This document shows, piece after piece, positions 1 to 9,248 of a DNA stretch of 64,000 bases. The notes beneath the pieces were generated by a model that was given only the letters and a program-made list of their open reading frames with translations, was not told the DNA's origin and did not search any database. Source of the DNA: Eubacteriales bacterium (GTDB lineage: Bacteria; Bacillota; Clostridia; Oscillospirales; CAG-272); contig JAZPXL010000005.1 of NCBI GenBank assembly GCA_045543615.1, positions 2,640 through 66,639 of the forward strand, given 5' to 3'. Made by a program: the position numbers and the translations under genes. How positions within the stretch are numbered: the stretch's first letter is position 1; every line of letters starts with the position of its first letter.

Positions 1-2215
1 ACTGATAAGCGTTTGTCGAAACCTCTCCGCTTGGTGTGCTTGAGTAATAAAGCAGTACCGCACAGCCTGTGTTTTCATTAACAATGCTCTGTATTGTTCC
101 ACCTGCATTGTAGCTAAGCTCAAGATGTGTAACAGCATTTCCACCATTCGGGGTCATTGATAATGATACGGGTCTGCCGAAGCCTGTGCTATTTATGTTC
201 AGCTTATTGCCGTTAATATCGGTCACAGACACGAGGTATCCACCTACGCCGAAGTACGAGGTTGCTGTATCTGATTTTGTGAATGTATAAATATTATGTG
301 CCGAGTCTTCAAGGACATAGCTTGATGTGTTGACGGTGAGTGTCAGAAGAAGTCCATCTTCATCGTAATAGATATTTTCCTCTCCCGTCTCATCGCTCTT
401 GAAAAAGGCGTGTTCTGTTCCGTCTCCGTCGGTGTAGACATAGTACGTCTCTACCTCATTGTTCTCAGTTCGTCTCGTTTTCGGAACTATTGACTGATTC
501 ATATTCGTCATAAATCCGTGAGAGGCTACTGCGTACAGATATGGAACGTCGAAGTTCGAGCTTGTTACGCTCTTGCCTGCAAACGCCGAGTTATATACTA
601 AAGTTGGGGTGAATGGGAAAAGGGCGTCGGTTGTAGAGGTTGTGCCTATTGCGAAAGACAGCGCACCGTTTGCGAGGTTGACGTGTCCGTTTCCTGCAAG
701 AGCTGCACCTGCCGACTGGTAGGTATAATAGCTCTCAACTCCAACGTTGGAGTTGTATCTTATCATAAAGAAGGGCGTGTAGGGACCGGAGCGACTTGAA
801 TCGGAAGAGTGAAAGCTCACTGTGCGAGAAGTGGTATTTCCTTCATCGTACGGCATCAATGCAATACCGTGATTAGGGGATGCTCCTGTATACCAATCTA
901 TTGCCGCAGATGTTATATCCCACGAGCAGACGGTATTGGGGCTCATAACGGTGATCCACTTGTAGTCAAGAACATCTCCAAATGTCATAGGTGTGTTAAA
1001 AGATGTTGCGCCTTCCGTCCAAAGATACGGTGAGTCTGTGCGAGTGATCTTTTTCGCTACCACAAGCAGTGGATAACTGTCGAACACATCAGAGGTAGAG
1101 CTGACAGTCATATTCAGCTCGGCTTTGTTGACAACAGAACCGGCAGGAAGTGTTGGAAGCGATCTCATAGCCACGTATGAACGTACCTCGGCAGCAGACG
1201 AGCCAAAGCCAACCTCCAAACTTTGCAAAGATCCGTATATTGAATCCGGATAGCTTTCAAAGACATAGGTGTCGCACATCTGTCCCATACTGTATCCACC
1301 GTGATAAATAGTCGGGTCAACTGTTATGGGAAGCGCACGGCCGGGGGCGTTCATCCACTCGCTGTCAGCCGTTACTGTAAGTGCATAAGTGTTCTGACCT
1401 ATAACTTCAAGAGTATATCTTGCAGCGTTTGTGGGTGCATATTCACCGTTTGCATCGAACACTACGGGGGCAGGAATGACGTATACTGTCTCTCCGTTGT
1501 CAGCGTTGCTGATAAGAACGTCACCGTTCTCGGATATAGCTGCACTCAGGTTATTGAGCTTCAGCGTAAATGTGTAGGAATAAGAGTCTTTTCTTTCTTT
1601 TACGATGATATTTTCCTTAACATTGTTGGATATTGCGATATACTCAAGGTCTACTCCGTCGAGGATATCTGCATAGACAATGCGTGAGGAGAGCTTATCG
1701 AGAGTTGTCATCTTCTTAAGAACATCATCGCTCTCGTCAAATTCTGTTTCGGTGTTTACCGCTACACCGACGGTTTTCTTGACAGCTCCATCAAGACTCA
1801 TCGTAATCTTGAAATTGCCATGGTGAAGTGTAAACAGGTTTTCATTACCCGTTATCTTTTTTGCAAATTTGAGTCTTGCGTTACTTGTTTTGTATTCGTC
1901 GCCCGACGCAGAAAGTGAGTTATCAATATCTACCCATTCTCCGTTTTCATCGAGCGTATGAATTGGGACATCATACTGGGCTGCAAGATACGTTCCGTCA
2001 TCGAGCCTGAAGTGCTTGACATTTTCTTCGCGGCGTTCCACCGCTTCAAATACGCCAAGCGGCGTCTGGGAGGGTGCATCAGTTATCTTTTCTGTGCCGA
2101 TGTCCTCAAACACTGAGGCGTACACCGACACGGGTACAAGATAAAAGATCATAAGAAGGGATAAAAAAATGGCTGTGAAGGCGATCGAATGCGTTTTGAT
2201 CCTTCGAATGTTCAA
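1..2215 (-). CDS. RHS/YD-repeat family secreted protein, N-terminal ~738 aa only (gene continues past window start)
   Basis: Not in the supplied ORF track (no stop inside window). Minus frame open from 2215 to 1. TTG at 2215-2213 has AAAGGAG 8 nt upstream. N-terminus LNIRRIKTHSIAFTAIFLSLLMIFYLVPVSVYA is signal-peptide-like. YD-type repeats follow (YYVYTDGDGTEHAF, IYYDEDGLLLTL, GGYLVSVTDINGNKL, LSYNAGGTIQSIV). Confidence 0.75.
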   Translation of the reverse strand, partial: MNIRRIKTHSIAFTAIFLSLLMIFYLVPVSVYASVFEDIGTEKITDAPSQTPLGVFEAVERREENVKHFRLDDGTYLAAQYDVPIHTLDENGEWVDIDNSLSASGDEYKTSNARLKFAKKITGNENLFTLHHGNFKITMSLDGAVKKTVGVAVNTETEFDESDDVLKKMTTLDKLSSRIVYADILDGVDLEYIAISNNVKENIIVKERKDSYSYTFTLKLNNLSAAISENGDVLISNADNGETVYVIPAPVVFDANGEYAPTNAARYTLEVIGQNTYALTVTADSEWMNAPGRALPITVDPTIYHGGYSMGQMCDTYVFESYPDSIYGSLQSLEVGFGSSAAEVRSYVAMRSLPTLPAGSVVNKAELNMTVSSTSDVFDSYPLLVVAKKITRTDSPYLWTEGATSFNTPMTFGDVLDYKWITVMSPNTVCSWDITSAAIDWYTGASPNHGIALMPYDEGNTTSRTVSFHSSDSSRSGPYTPFFMIRYNSNVGVESYYTYQSAGAALAGNGHVNLANGALSFAIGTTSTTDALFPFTPTLVYNSAFAGKSVTSSNFDVPYLYAVASHGFMTNMNQSIVPKTRRTENNEVETYYVYTDGDGTEHAFFKSDETGEENIYYDEDGLLLTLTVNTSSYVLEDSAHNIYTFTKSDTATSYFGVGGYLVSVTDINGNKLNINSTGFGRPVSLSMTPNGGNAVTHLELSYNAGGTIQSIVNENTGCAVLLYYSSTPSGEVSTNAYQ

Positions 2216-2559
2216 GTTGAATGCTCCTTTCTGAATTGTTGTGTGGTTAAAAGACGTACTAATTGGTACAAGTGCTAAATATTTACACTTACACCAATAC
2301 CATTGTACAACATATTGCCCAAATAATCAATATTTCACTGAAATATTTACATTTTGGTAACAGTTAAAGACGTAAAATTATATGTTAGTGGCGTTATGTG
2401 AATTTTTACATATATACTGTGGTTTACATAATGTAATACTTTGCAGAATTTGTATTGTTTTTTCTTTTTGGATTTACTTAAAAGTTTATTTTGGTTTGCA
2501 AATTTTGTATTTTTGCCCAATGTTCCCAATGTTTGCTATGATATTTCGATATTTAGCAC

Positions 2560-2588
2560 TTGACATATCTTGTGGAAAAGGGTAAAAT
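2560..2588 (+). promoter_or_regulatory. sigma-A type promoter for the 2618 lipoprotein gene
   Basis: TTGACA (2560-2565), 17-nt spacer, TAAAAT (2583-2588); AAAGGAGGG SD follows before ATG 2618. Confidence 0.5.
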
Positions 2589-2617
2589 ATAAGCAACCAC
2601 AAAGGAGGGTCATATAA

Positions 2618-4024
2618 ATGATGAAAAACAAGATCACTCTCACAGTTCGAGCACTTTCTCTGCTCTTCTCTCTGCTTCTCTTGTCCGGTTGTGTGGACGG
2701 TGGAGTTGGGGATATAACCACTGACGAGCCGAGCATCAGCGCATCCGTGACGGATGGTAGCGATGAAACCACCCGAAGTGTTGATGAAACCACCCGAAGT
2801 GTTGACGAAACCACGCAAGAGATAACCGAGGAGACAACTGAAATGACAGAGACAGGAAAAGAATACACACCTCTCAATTACGTAGATTTCAAAGCTATGT
2901 GGCTATCTCAATTTGACTTGAACTCCGTCTACTGCGTAGGTTCTTCCCAGAGGCCTGAGTCATCGTTCCGTTCACTTATGACAAAAATTCTTGACAACGT
3001 CAAGTCCAATGGTTACAACACGGTTATAGTTCAGGTGCGACCCAATGCTGACAGTATGTATCCATCAGAGGTCTATCCTATGTCCAAATATGTTGTTGGT
3101 TCGTACGGAAAGGATGCTACATATGATCCCTTTGCCATTATAATTGAGATGGCGCACGAAAGGCAGCTTTCGGTTCAGGCGTGGATCAATCCTATGCGTG
3201 CTATGACAACGAGTGAGATTGGTTCTGTTTCAAATAAATATCAAATCAAGAAATGGTATTCAAGTACCGACCTCAAGGGCAAATATGTAGTTGCAAACGG
3301 TTCAAACTACTATCTCAATGTTGCCTATGAGGATGTCCGTAATCTCATCATTGAGGGAGCAAGAGAGCTTCTTGAAAACTATGATGTCGACGGTCTTCAT
3401 ATGGATGACTATTTCTATCCTACGGAGGATACTTCATTTGACCTGCCTGCGTACGCTGCGTATGTCAAGGGAGGTGGCAAGAAAGATCTCAAGGGATTTC
3501 GCCGTGAATGCTTAAACAAGCTTGTATCGAGTCTATACGCCACAGTAAAGGATGTTGACGAGAGAATCATATTTGGCATCAGCCCTGCAGGAAACGTAAA
3601 CAACGTTCGCCGTGACTGTGCCGATGTTGACACCTGGTGTGCAAATCCCGGATATATTGATTACATCTGTCCCCAGGTTTATTTTGGACTTGAGCATCAG
3701 AATTACGATTTTGTCAAGGTTTGCAAGACCTGGAGCGATCTCATCAAGACCGACAGCGTCAAGCTCATAGTTGGAATGACTCTTGGCAAGGCAAAATCGG
3801 GAGTTGACAATTATGCAGGAAGTGGCAAAAACGAATGGGCGAACAACAAGGATGTTCTGAAGCGTTGTCTTGAACACACAAGGTCTCTTGACAAATGCAT
3901 CGGTGTTGCTTATTTCTGCTATCAGTATTATTACAATCCCGTCTCAGGCTCTGAGGTCAGCGAGACCAAGACCGAGCGAAGCAATTTCATCCCTGTTCTA
4001 AAGGAAATAACCTGGAAGAACTAA
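2618..4024 (+). CDS. lipoprotein, glycoside-hydrolase-like GHL10/UPF0748 (YngK/YddW-like) family
   Basis: Lipobox LLLLSGC. T/E-rich repeat linker. Body has AMWLSQFD and NTVIVQVRPNADSMYPSEVYP segments typical of GHL10-type TIM-barrel lipoproteins (assignment from memory). Confidence 0.6.
   Translation: MMKNKITLTVRALSLLFSLLLLSGCVDGGVGDITTDEPSISASVTDGSDETTRSVDETTRSVDETTQEITEETTEMTETGKEYTPLNYVDFKAMWLSQFDLNSVYCVGSSQRPESSFRSLMTKILDNVKSNGYNTVIVQVRPNADSMYPSEVYPMSKYVVGSYGKDATYDPFAIIIEMAHERQLSVQAWINPMRAMTTSEIGSVSNKYQIKKWYSSTDLKGKYVVANGSNYYLNVAYEDVRNLIIEGARELLENYDVDGLHMDDYFYPTEDTSFDLPAYAAYVKGGGKKDLKGFRRECLNKLVSSLYATVKDVDERIIFGISPAGNVNNVRRDCADVDTWCANPGYIDYICPQVYFGLEHQNYDFVKVCKTWSDLIKTDSVKLIVGMTLGKAKSGVDNYAGSGKNEWANNKDVLKRCLEHTRSLDKCIGVAYFCYQYYYNPVSGSEVSETKTERSNFIPVLKEITWKN
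2762..2824 (+). repeat. 21-nt in-frame tandem repeat (2 perfect units plus 1 degenerate) encoding DETTRSV
   Basis: gatgaaaccacccgaagtgtt at 2762-2782 and 2783-2803, degenerate third unit to 2824; lies in the linker after the lipobox. Confidence 0.9.
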
Positions 4025-4034
4025 CGGATGCAAA

Positions 4035-4075
4035 AAGGTTGTACCAAAGCGAGATGCTTTGATACAGCCTTTTTT
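4035..4075. terminator. bidirectional intrinsic terminator between lipoprotein gene and thrS
   Basis: AAGGTTGTACCAAAGC / GCTTTGATACAGCCTT stem (15 of 16 pairs), A-run upstream and T-run downstream. Confidence 0.75.
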
Positions 4076-4083
4076 ATTATTCA

Positions 4084-6018
4084 TTAGTCGAGCTTGAGTG
4101 TGCGAACGTCCTCAAGAGCAATTGCTACGAAATCTGCGACAGGCATAGCACCGAGATCCACGCCCTTACGGGAACGGACAGCTACCTTGCCCTCGGTCGT
4201 TTCCTTTTCACCTATAACAAGCATATAAGGAACTTTTTCAAGCTGAGCTGCTCTGATCTTGTAGCCAATCTTTTCGTTACGTGCGTCAACCTCTGTACGA
4301 ATGCCGACCGCCTCAAGCTGATCTCTTACAGCTCTTGCGTACTCCTCCTGTTCAGCTCCGATGGGAAGAACACGAACCTGTTCGGGAGCCATCCACATAG
4401 GAAGTGCGCCGGCGAACTTCTCAAGAACGAGAGCGAGTGTGCGCTCGTAGCATCCAAGGGATGTACGGTGGATGATATAAGGAGTTACACGGTTATCGTT
4501 GCTGTCTGTATATTCCATACCGAACTTCTTAGCGAGGAGCATATCTATCTGGATTGTGATAAGTGTATCTTCCTTGCCGTGAACATTCTTGATCTGGATA
4601 TCGAGCTTCGGGCCATAGAATGCAGCCTCGTCAATACCGATGGAGTACTTAAGGCCGATATTATCAAGTATGTTCTTCATTACGCTCTGTGCCTCTTCCC
4701 ACTGCTCAGGTGTGCCCTCATACTTATCTGTACGGGCAGGATCCCACTGTGAGAAGCGATATGTTACGTCGTCAGCAAGTCCGACAGCGCGAAGCATATA
4801 GTTTGCAAGATCAAGGCATCCACGGAATTCTTCCTCAAGCTGTTCGGGAGCGAGGATGTAATGTCCCTCGGAAATTGTGAACTGACGGACACGGATAAGG
4901 CCGTGCATCTCGCCTGAGTCTTCGTTTCGGAAGAGTGTGGATGTTTCCGTAAGTCTCATAGGAAGATCACGGTAAGATCTCTTCTTGTTGAGGAATACCT
5001 GATACTGGAATGGGCAGGTCATAGGACGGAGAGCGAGGCACTCCTTTGTTTCATCGTGGGGATCGCCAATTACGAACATACCGTCAAGGTAGTGGTCCCA
5101 ATGTCCCGAAATGCGATAGAGATCTCTCTTTGCCATAAGGGGAGTTTTGGTAAGCTGGCATCCTCTTCTTCTCTCCTCGTCCTCAACAAATCTCTGAAGA
5201 ACCTGAATAACTCTTGATCCCTTAGGGAGCATAACAGGAAGTCCCTGACCTATTGAGTCAACGGTTGTGAAGTATTCGAGCTCACGGCCAATCTTGTTAT
5301 GGTCGCGCTTCTTTGCCTCTTCAACTGCTGTGATATACGCATTAAGCTCTTCCTTTGAGGGATAAGCGATACCGTAGACTCTCTGAAGCATCTTATTATT
5401 CTGATCGCCCTTCCAATATGCGCCTGTGCACTGTGTCAGCTTAACAGCACGAACTGCGGCAGTTGAGAAAAGGTGAGGGCCTGCGCAGAGGTCAACGAAC
5501 TCGCCCTGACGATAGAAGCTGATAACAGCGTCATCGGGAAGCTCTGTAATAAGCTGGACCTTATAAGGCTCGTCCCTCTCTGTCATAAGAGCGATCGCCT
5601 CGTCTCTGGGAAGCTCAAAACGCTCTATGCGAAGATTCTCACGCATAATCTTCTTCATTTCAGCTTCAAGAGCCTTAAGTATTTCCTGTGTAAAAGGAAT
5701 GGCACTATCAAAATCATAGTAAAAACCGTTGTCTACTGCAGGGCCGATGGTGAGTTTTGTTTCGGGGTAAAGTCTCTTTACTGCCTGAGCAAGAATGTGG
5801 GCAGCTGTATGACGGTAAACCTTCTTACCCTCATCATCTGCAAATGTAAGAAGAACAACTTCGTCGCCCTCTGCGACGGGAGCATTCATTGCAACAACCA
5901 CACCGTTAAGCTTTGCTGCGATATGTTCACGGGCAGCAACGCCTGCTGCCTGAGCAGCCTCAAAGACCGTTGCCGCATTTTCAACCGAATACTCGATTGC
6001 ATTGATCGTAATCTTCAT
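4084..6018 (-). CDS. thrS: threonine--tRNA ligase
   Basis: 644 aa. N-terminal TGS-like domain, class II core, C-terminal anticodon-binding region. Thr-specific T-box leader upstream. Confidence 0.97.
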   Translation of the reverse strand: MKITINAIEYSVENAATVFEAAQAAGVAAREHIAAKLNGVVVAMNAPVAEGDEVVLLTFADDEGKKVYRHTAAHILAQAVKRLYPETKLTIGPAVDNGFYYDFDSAIPFTQEILKALEAEMKKIMRENLRIERFELPRDEAIALMTERDEPYKVQLITELPDDAVISFYRQGEFVDLCAGPHLFSTAAVRAVKLTQCTGAYWKGDQNNKMLQRVYGIAYPSKEELNAYITAVEEAKKRDHNKIGRELEYFTTVDSIGQGLPVMLPKGSRVIQVLQRFVEDEERRRGCQLTKTPLMAKRDLYRISGHWDHYLDGMFVIGDPHDETKECLALRPMTCPFQYQVFLNKKRSYRDLPMRLTETSTLFRNEDSGEMHGLIRVRQFTISEGHYILAPEQLEEEFRGCLDLANYMLRAVGLADDVTYRFSQWDPARTDKYEGTPEQWEEAQSVMKNILDNIGLKYSIGIDEAAFYGPKLDIQIKNVHGKEDTLITIQIDMLLAKKFGMEYTDSNDNRVTPYIIHRTSLGCYERTLALVLEKFAGALPMWMAPEQVRVLPIGAEQEEYARAVRDQLEAVGIRTEVDARNEKIGYKIRAAQLEKVPYMLVIGEKETTEGKVAVRSRKGVDLGAMPVADFVAIALEDVRTLKLD

Positions 6019-6047
6019 TGTTTTATCTCCTATAATAAATAATTTCT

Positions 6048-6232
6048 AAAAAACACCCCGACGGCAAATCTGCCGTCGGGGTGCAAATAAGCACGGTTCC
6101 ACCCGAACTTTTAACTTTAAAAATGATATTCAAGATGACACATAGGTGGTACTCCTGCGTATTGCGTCAAAAGCTCTCAGCACCGCTTTTTCTCTGTGGA
6201 CGAATGGTCGCAGGAACATATCCTCTGCATTA
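6048..6232 (-). promoter_or_regulatory. T-box leader (Thr specifier) with terminator/antiterminator
   Basis: Minus strand shows AGAGA and GGTGCTGAGAG stem I elements. ACC followed by A in GTACCACC is the candidate specifier. T-box sequence is GGGTGGAACCGTG (6104-6092). Terminator is CACCCCGACGGCAGATTTGCCGTCGGGGTG plus TTTTTT (6083-6048). Confidence 0.85.
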
Positions 6233-6237
6233 TTGGC

Positions 6238-6266
6238 ATTATACACCCAAAATCGACTTTTGTCAA
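6238..6266 (-). promoter_or_regulatory. consensus sigma-A promoter of thrS leader
   Basis: Minus strand TTGACA (6266-6261), 17-nt spacer, TATAAT (6243-6238). Confidence 0.7.
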
Positions 6267-6290
6267 TAGTGGTATACAAAAATCTTTATA

Positions 6291-6716
6291 TTATTTCTTG
6301 GAATATGAGCTTGCAGCCTTAGGATTAACAAACTGTCTCCAATCAAGGTCTCCACGGTCAAGTGCGATTATAAGTGCCTCAGCAGTACCGATATTGGTAG
6401 CTACGGGAACGTTATAGAGGTCGCAGAGGCGCAAGATCTCGCCGGCTCTCTCATCAAATATAGCCTCAGGGCGTGTATCACGGAAGTCGATAAGCAGGTC
6501 GATCTCATTGTATGAAATTCTCTGTGCAATCTGTTCCTCGCCACCCTGGCCTCCGGTCAGCAATCTTTCGATTTCGAGACCTGTCGCTTCGGAAATATAT
6601 TTCGCTGTGATGCTTGTAGCGCACAGATTGTGCTTGCATAAAATGCCACAGTATGCTGTGCAAAATTCAGCCATAAGTTCTTTCTTCTTATCGTGCGCAA
6701 TAATTGCTATTTCCAT
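6291..6716 (-). CDS. mgsA: methylglyoxal synthase
   Basis: 141 aa; IAIIAHDKKK N-terminus, GGxxGG and VPVATN segments typical of MGS-like fold. Confidence 0.85.
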   Translation of the reverse strand: MEIAIIAHDKKKELMAEFCTAYCGILCKHNLCATSITAKYISEATGLEIERLLTGGQGGEEQIAQRISYNEIDLLIDFRDTRPEAIFDERAGEILRLCDLYNVPVATNIGTAEALIIALDRGDLDWRQFVNPKAASSYSKK

Positions 6717-6752
6717 TTCGACATCCTTTCCTTCGTAATGAAGATAAAATAT

Positions 6753-7571
6753 TTATGTGGTAAGCAGTTTTCTTCTCTTCTTTTCCGGCAGATATGACAT
6801 AACGGGGATTCTCTCTCCGCAAATTCGTCTTGCCACCTCGTCGAATGCGGCGGCCGCCATCGCTTTATCCTGTTCTATCTCATAAGCGAGCTTTCCTGAT
6901 TCTTGTGCAAGCTCAAGCTTTGGAGAATTTGGTATAACACCAATGAGTTGAATATGCGTTCTGTCTATCAAAGAATTAAGTCCCGGGCGATTGCCACGCA
7001 GCACCTCATCGGAGTCATATCTGTTGATAATTAGATATTGCTCGTCAACTCCAAGATCCGAGAGCAGATATCCCGTCTTCTCAGCACCTCTTACAGAGGT
7101 TGGCTGATGGGATGCAACGATAAAAGCTGCATCAGCCGACGGAGCTGTAAGCGATAGTGTATCATCGGATGCACCGGGTGTATCAATAAAGACATATTCG
7201 CAGGAAAATTCCTTTGCTGCTGCATCGACAGCCTCGGCAAAGGCTTGTGGTGTTATCGGATCACGCTTGACGAGTGGTGCGGCAATAAACGTGAGTCTTT
7301 CCTCACGGGAGTCTATTATTGCAGCTCTCGCTGCACTAACTCTTCCCATAACAAGATCACAGATGTCATATACAACGCTATCTTCGCATCCAAGTATAAG
7401 GTCAAGTGAGCGATTTGAAAAGTCGCAATCCACAACCAGCACTCTTTTTCCAAGTGTTGCAAGGGCCATAGCCATATTTGCCGTAACCGTCGACTTTCCT
7501 ATTCCACCCTTGCAGGAGGTAACAAGATATGTTTTATATGATCGTCCGCTGTGTGCGCCCGTTGTTTTCAT
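6753..7571 (-). CDS. MinD/ParA-family P-loop ATPase (orphan MinD-like)
   Basis: Deviant Walker A SCKGGIGKST; VVDCDFSNRSLDLILG and IINRYD segments align by eye with MinD. Start moved to ATG 7571 (GGAGAGG SD 7 nt upstream). No minC/minE nearby. Confidence 0.7.
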   Translation of the reverse strand: MKTTGAHSGRSYKTYLVTSCKGGIGKSTVTANMAMALATLGKRVLVVDCDFSNRSLDLILGCEDSVVYDICDLVMGRVSAARAAIIDSREERLTFIAAPLVKRDPITPQAFAEAVDAAAKEFSCEYVFIDTPGASDDTLSLTAPSADAAFIVASHQPTSVRGAEKTGYLLSDLGVDEQYLIINRYDSDEVLRGNRPGLNSLIDRTHIQLIGVIPNSPKLELAQESGKLAYEIEQDKAMAAAAFDEVARRICGERIPVMSYLPEKKRRKLLTT

Positions 7572-7701
7572 ATCAGCACCTCTCCACATAAAAGATATAT
7601 TATTATACCATACAAAAGTGGGTTGTGTCAATCACAAACGGGAATTTTTTTGTTCCGATAGAAAACTTTTTCGCTTGCGCCTGTGGGTATATCCTTTATT
7701 A

Positions 7702-8253
7702 TCAGTCGGGATACACAGCACGACATCCACCGATGAGCTTTGGACGGGTGCGAGCGCAAACGACACAGGCCTCACCGATCTGCTTTTCACTGATCCTCAC
7801 GGGGACAGCAACAGCACGAAGGTGCATTCCGATAAGTGTAAGTCCTATATCCATACCTGCATCGGCAGAAATAGTCTCAACAGCGCAGGGACAGTCAAGC
7901 TCTGCCCAGACACGTGTTGCCCAAGAGCCGCCGGCGTGTGGCTGAGGAATTACGCAAACCTCGCAAAGACGGAGGTGCTCTGCGCATTCACGATCAACTA
8001 TTATCGCACGATTGAGATGCTCGCAGCACTGCGCTGCAAGGTATATTCCTCTCTCCTTTAAAATGGGAGCTATGCCCGAATAAATCGCCTCTGCGGCCTC
8101 AGCTGAGGAGTTCTTACCGATATGACCACCGACAACCTCTGAGGTTGAGCAGCCTACAACCAAAACGGATCCTCTCTTGAGGTCAGCAGCTTCCAAAAGC
8201 TCAAGCACAGCATTCTCTGCCTGTTTTTTTACCTGTTCAAAAAACTCATTCAT
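7702..8253 (-). CDS. UPF0340/TIGR01440 family protein (YwlG-like)
   Basis: 183 aa; LVVGCSTSEVVGGHIG motif characteristic of the YwlG family (from memory). Confidence 0.6.
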   Translation of the reverse strand: MNEFFEQVKKQAENAVLELLEAADLKRGSVLVVGCSTSEVVGGHIGKNSSAEAAEAIYSGIAPILKERGIYLAAQCCEHLNRAIIVDRECAEHLRLCEVCVIPQPHAGGSWATRVWAELDCPCAVETISADAGMDIGLTLIGMHLRAVAVPVRISEKQIGEACVVCARTRPKLIGGCRAVYPD

Positions 8254-8314
8254 AATGCGCCTCTTATTTTTACGTCATTTAGAAAATTGTCAAAATTGTG
8301 TTCTGTTTTCGTAC

Positions 8315-9049
8315 TTATCCGTTATATGCCGCCTCGTCGCAGAAGACATAGAGATCGCTGTGAGCACGAAGGAGTGTTACGGGAATATTTGTGGTGTACT
8401 TATTATCAAGAAGAGCCATAAGTGCATCGTGTTTTTCCTTACCCGACACTACAAGAACTATTGTTTTAGCCGACATAATATTGTCGATACCCATTGTGAT
8501 TGCGTGGCGCGGAACATCGTCTCTGCTCTCAAAGAAACGGGAGTTTGCGTCAATTGTGCTCTCGCAAAGCTCTGTCAGGTGTGTTGCACCAAGAAGCGTG
8601 TCAGACGGCTCGTTAAATCCGATATGACCGTTTCTGCCAACGCCGAGAAGCTGAACGCCGATACCACCTGCAGCAACGATTTCTGCATCGTAAGCTTCGC
8701 AGAACGCCACGGGATCTTCGCATTTTCCGTCGGGAACACGGGTGTTTTCCTTATTGATATTTACGTGGTCAAAAAGATGCTCATCCATAAAGCGACGGTA
8801 GCTCTGTTCGTGAGTCGGCTCGATGGGGTAATACTCATCGAGGTTATAAGTTCTGATATTTGAAAAGTCAATAATACCTGCATTATAATCCGACACAAGG
8901 CACTCATAAAGGCCCTCGGGGGATGAGCCGGTAGCGAGTCCAAGAATACCACTCGGATTGTCCTTAATATAATCTGTGAAAATGTCTGCTGCGCGACGAG
9001 ACATCTCGTCGTAATCTTTACATACAATTACTCTTTCTTTAGTAAGCAT
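8315..9049 (-). CDS. nagB: glucosamine-6-phosphate deaminase
   Basis: GLATGSSP, NLDEY and GxGxNGHIGFNEP motifs. Start moved to ATG 9049 (GAGGT SD 8 nt upstream). Confidence 0.85.
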   Translation of the reverse strand: MLTKERVIVCKDYDEMSRRAADIFTDYIKDNPSGILGLATGSSPEGLYECLVSDYNAGIIDFSNIRTYNLDEYYPIEPTHEQSYRRFMDEHLFDHVNINKENTRVPDGKCEDPVAFCEAYDAEIVAAGGIGVQLLGVGRNGHIGFNEPSDTLLGATHLTELCESTIDANSRFFESRDDVPRHAITMGIDNIMSAKTIVLVVSGKEKHDALMALLDNKYTTNIPVTLLRAHSDLYVFCDEAAYNG

Positions 9050-9248
9050 TATCATTACCTCATTATATATTTGTGTGCGCAAGTATAAGCACATATATAT
9101 ATTATACTATCTTGCGCATTATAATTCAACCCTTTTATCCTTTTTTTTCGACTTTATTCTCTCATTCTCCCATCCCCATTCATATACTGATAACGAGGGC
9201 AACCTCAAAAATCAATAATAATAAAGAATGTCAGAAAGGATAAAAGCT

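Noticed and set aside
2221-2617. Recurrent TTTACA(T/C) words (about 5 copies, e.g. AAATATTTACA at about 2278 and about 2340) in the divergent Rhs/lipoprotein intergenic region, as possible operator sites.
   Set aside because: The region is very AT-rich, the words are short and the spacing is irregular. This cannot be distinguished from chance without comparative data.
6753-7571. MinD-like ATPase considered as part of a partition or defence module.
   Set aside because: There is no ParB, MinC/E, toxin or mobile-element neighbour. It is flanked by housekeeping genes (mgsA, ywlG-like) and is treated as an orphan MinD paralog.
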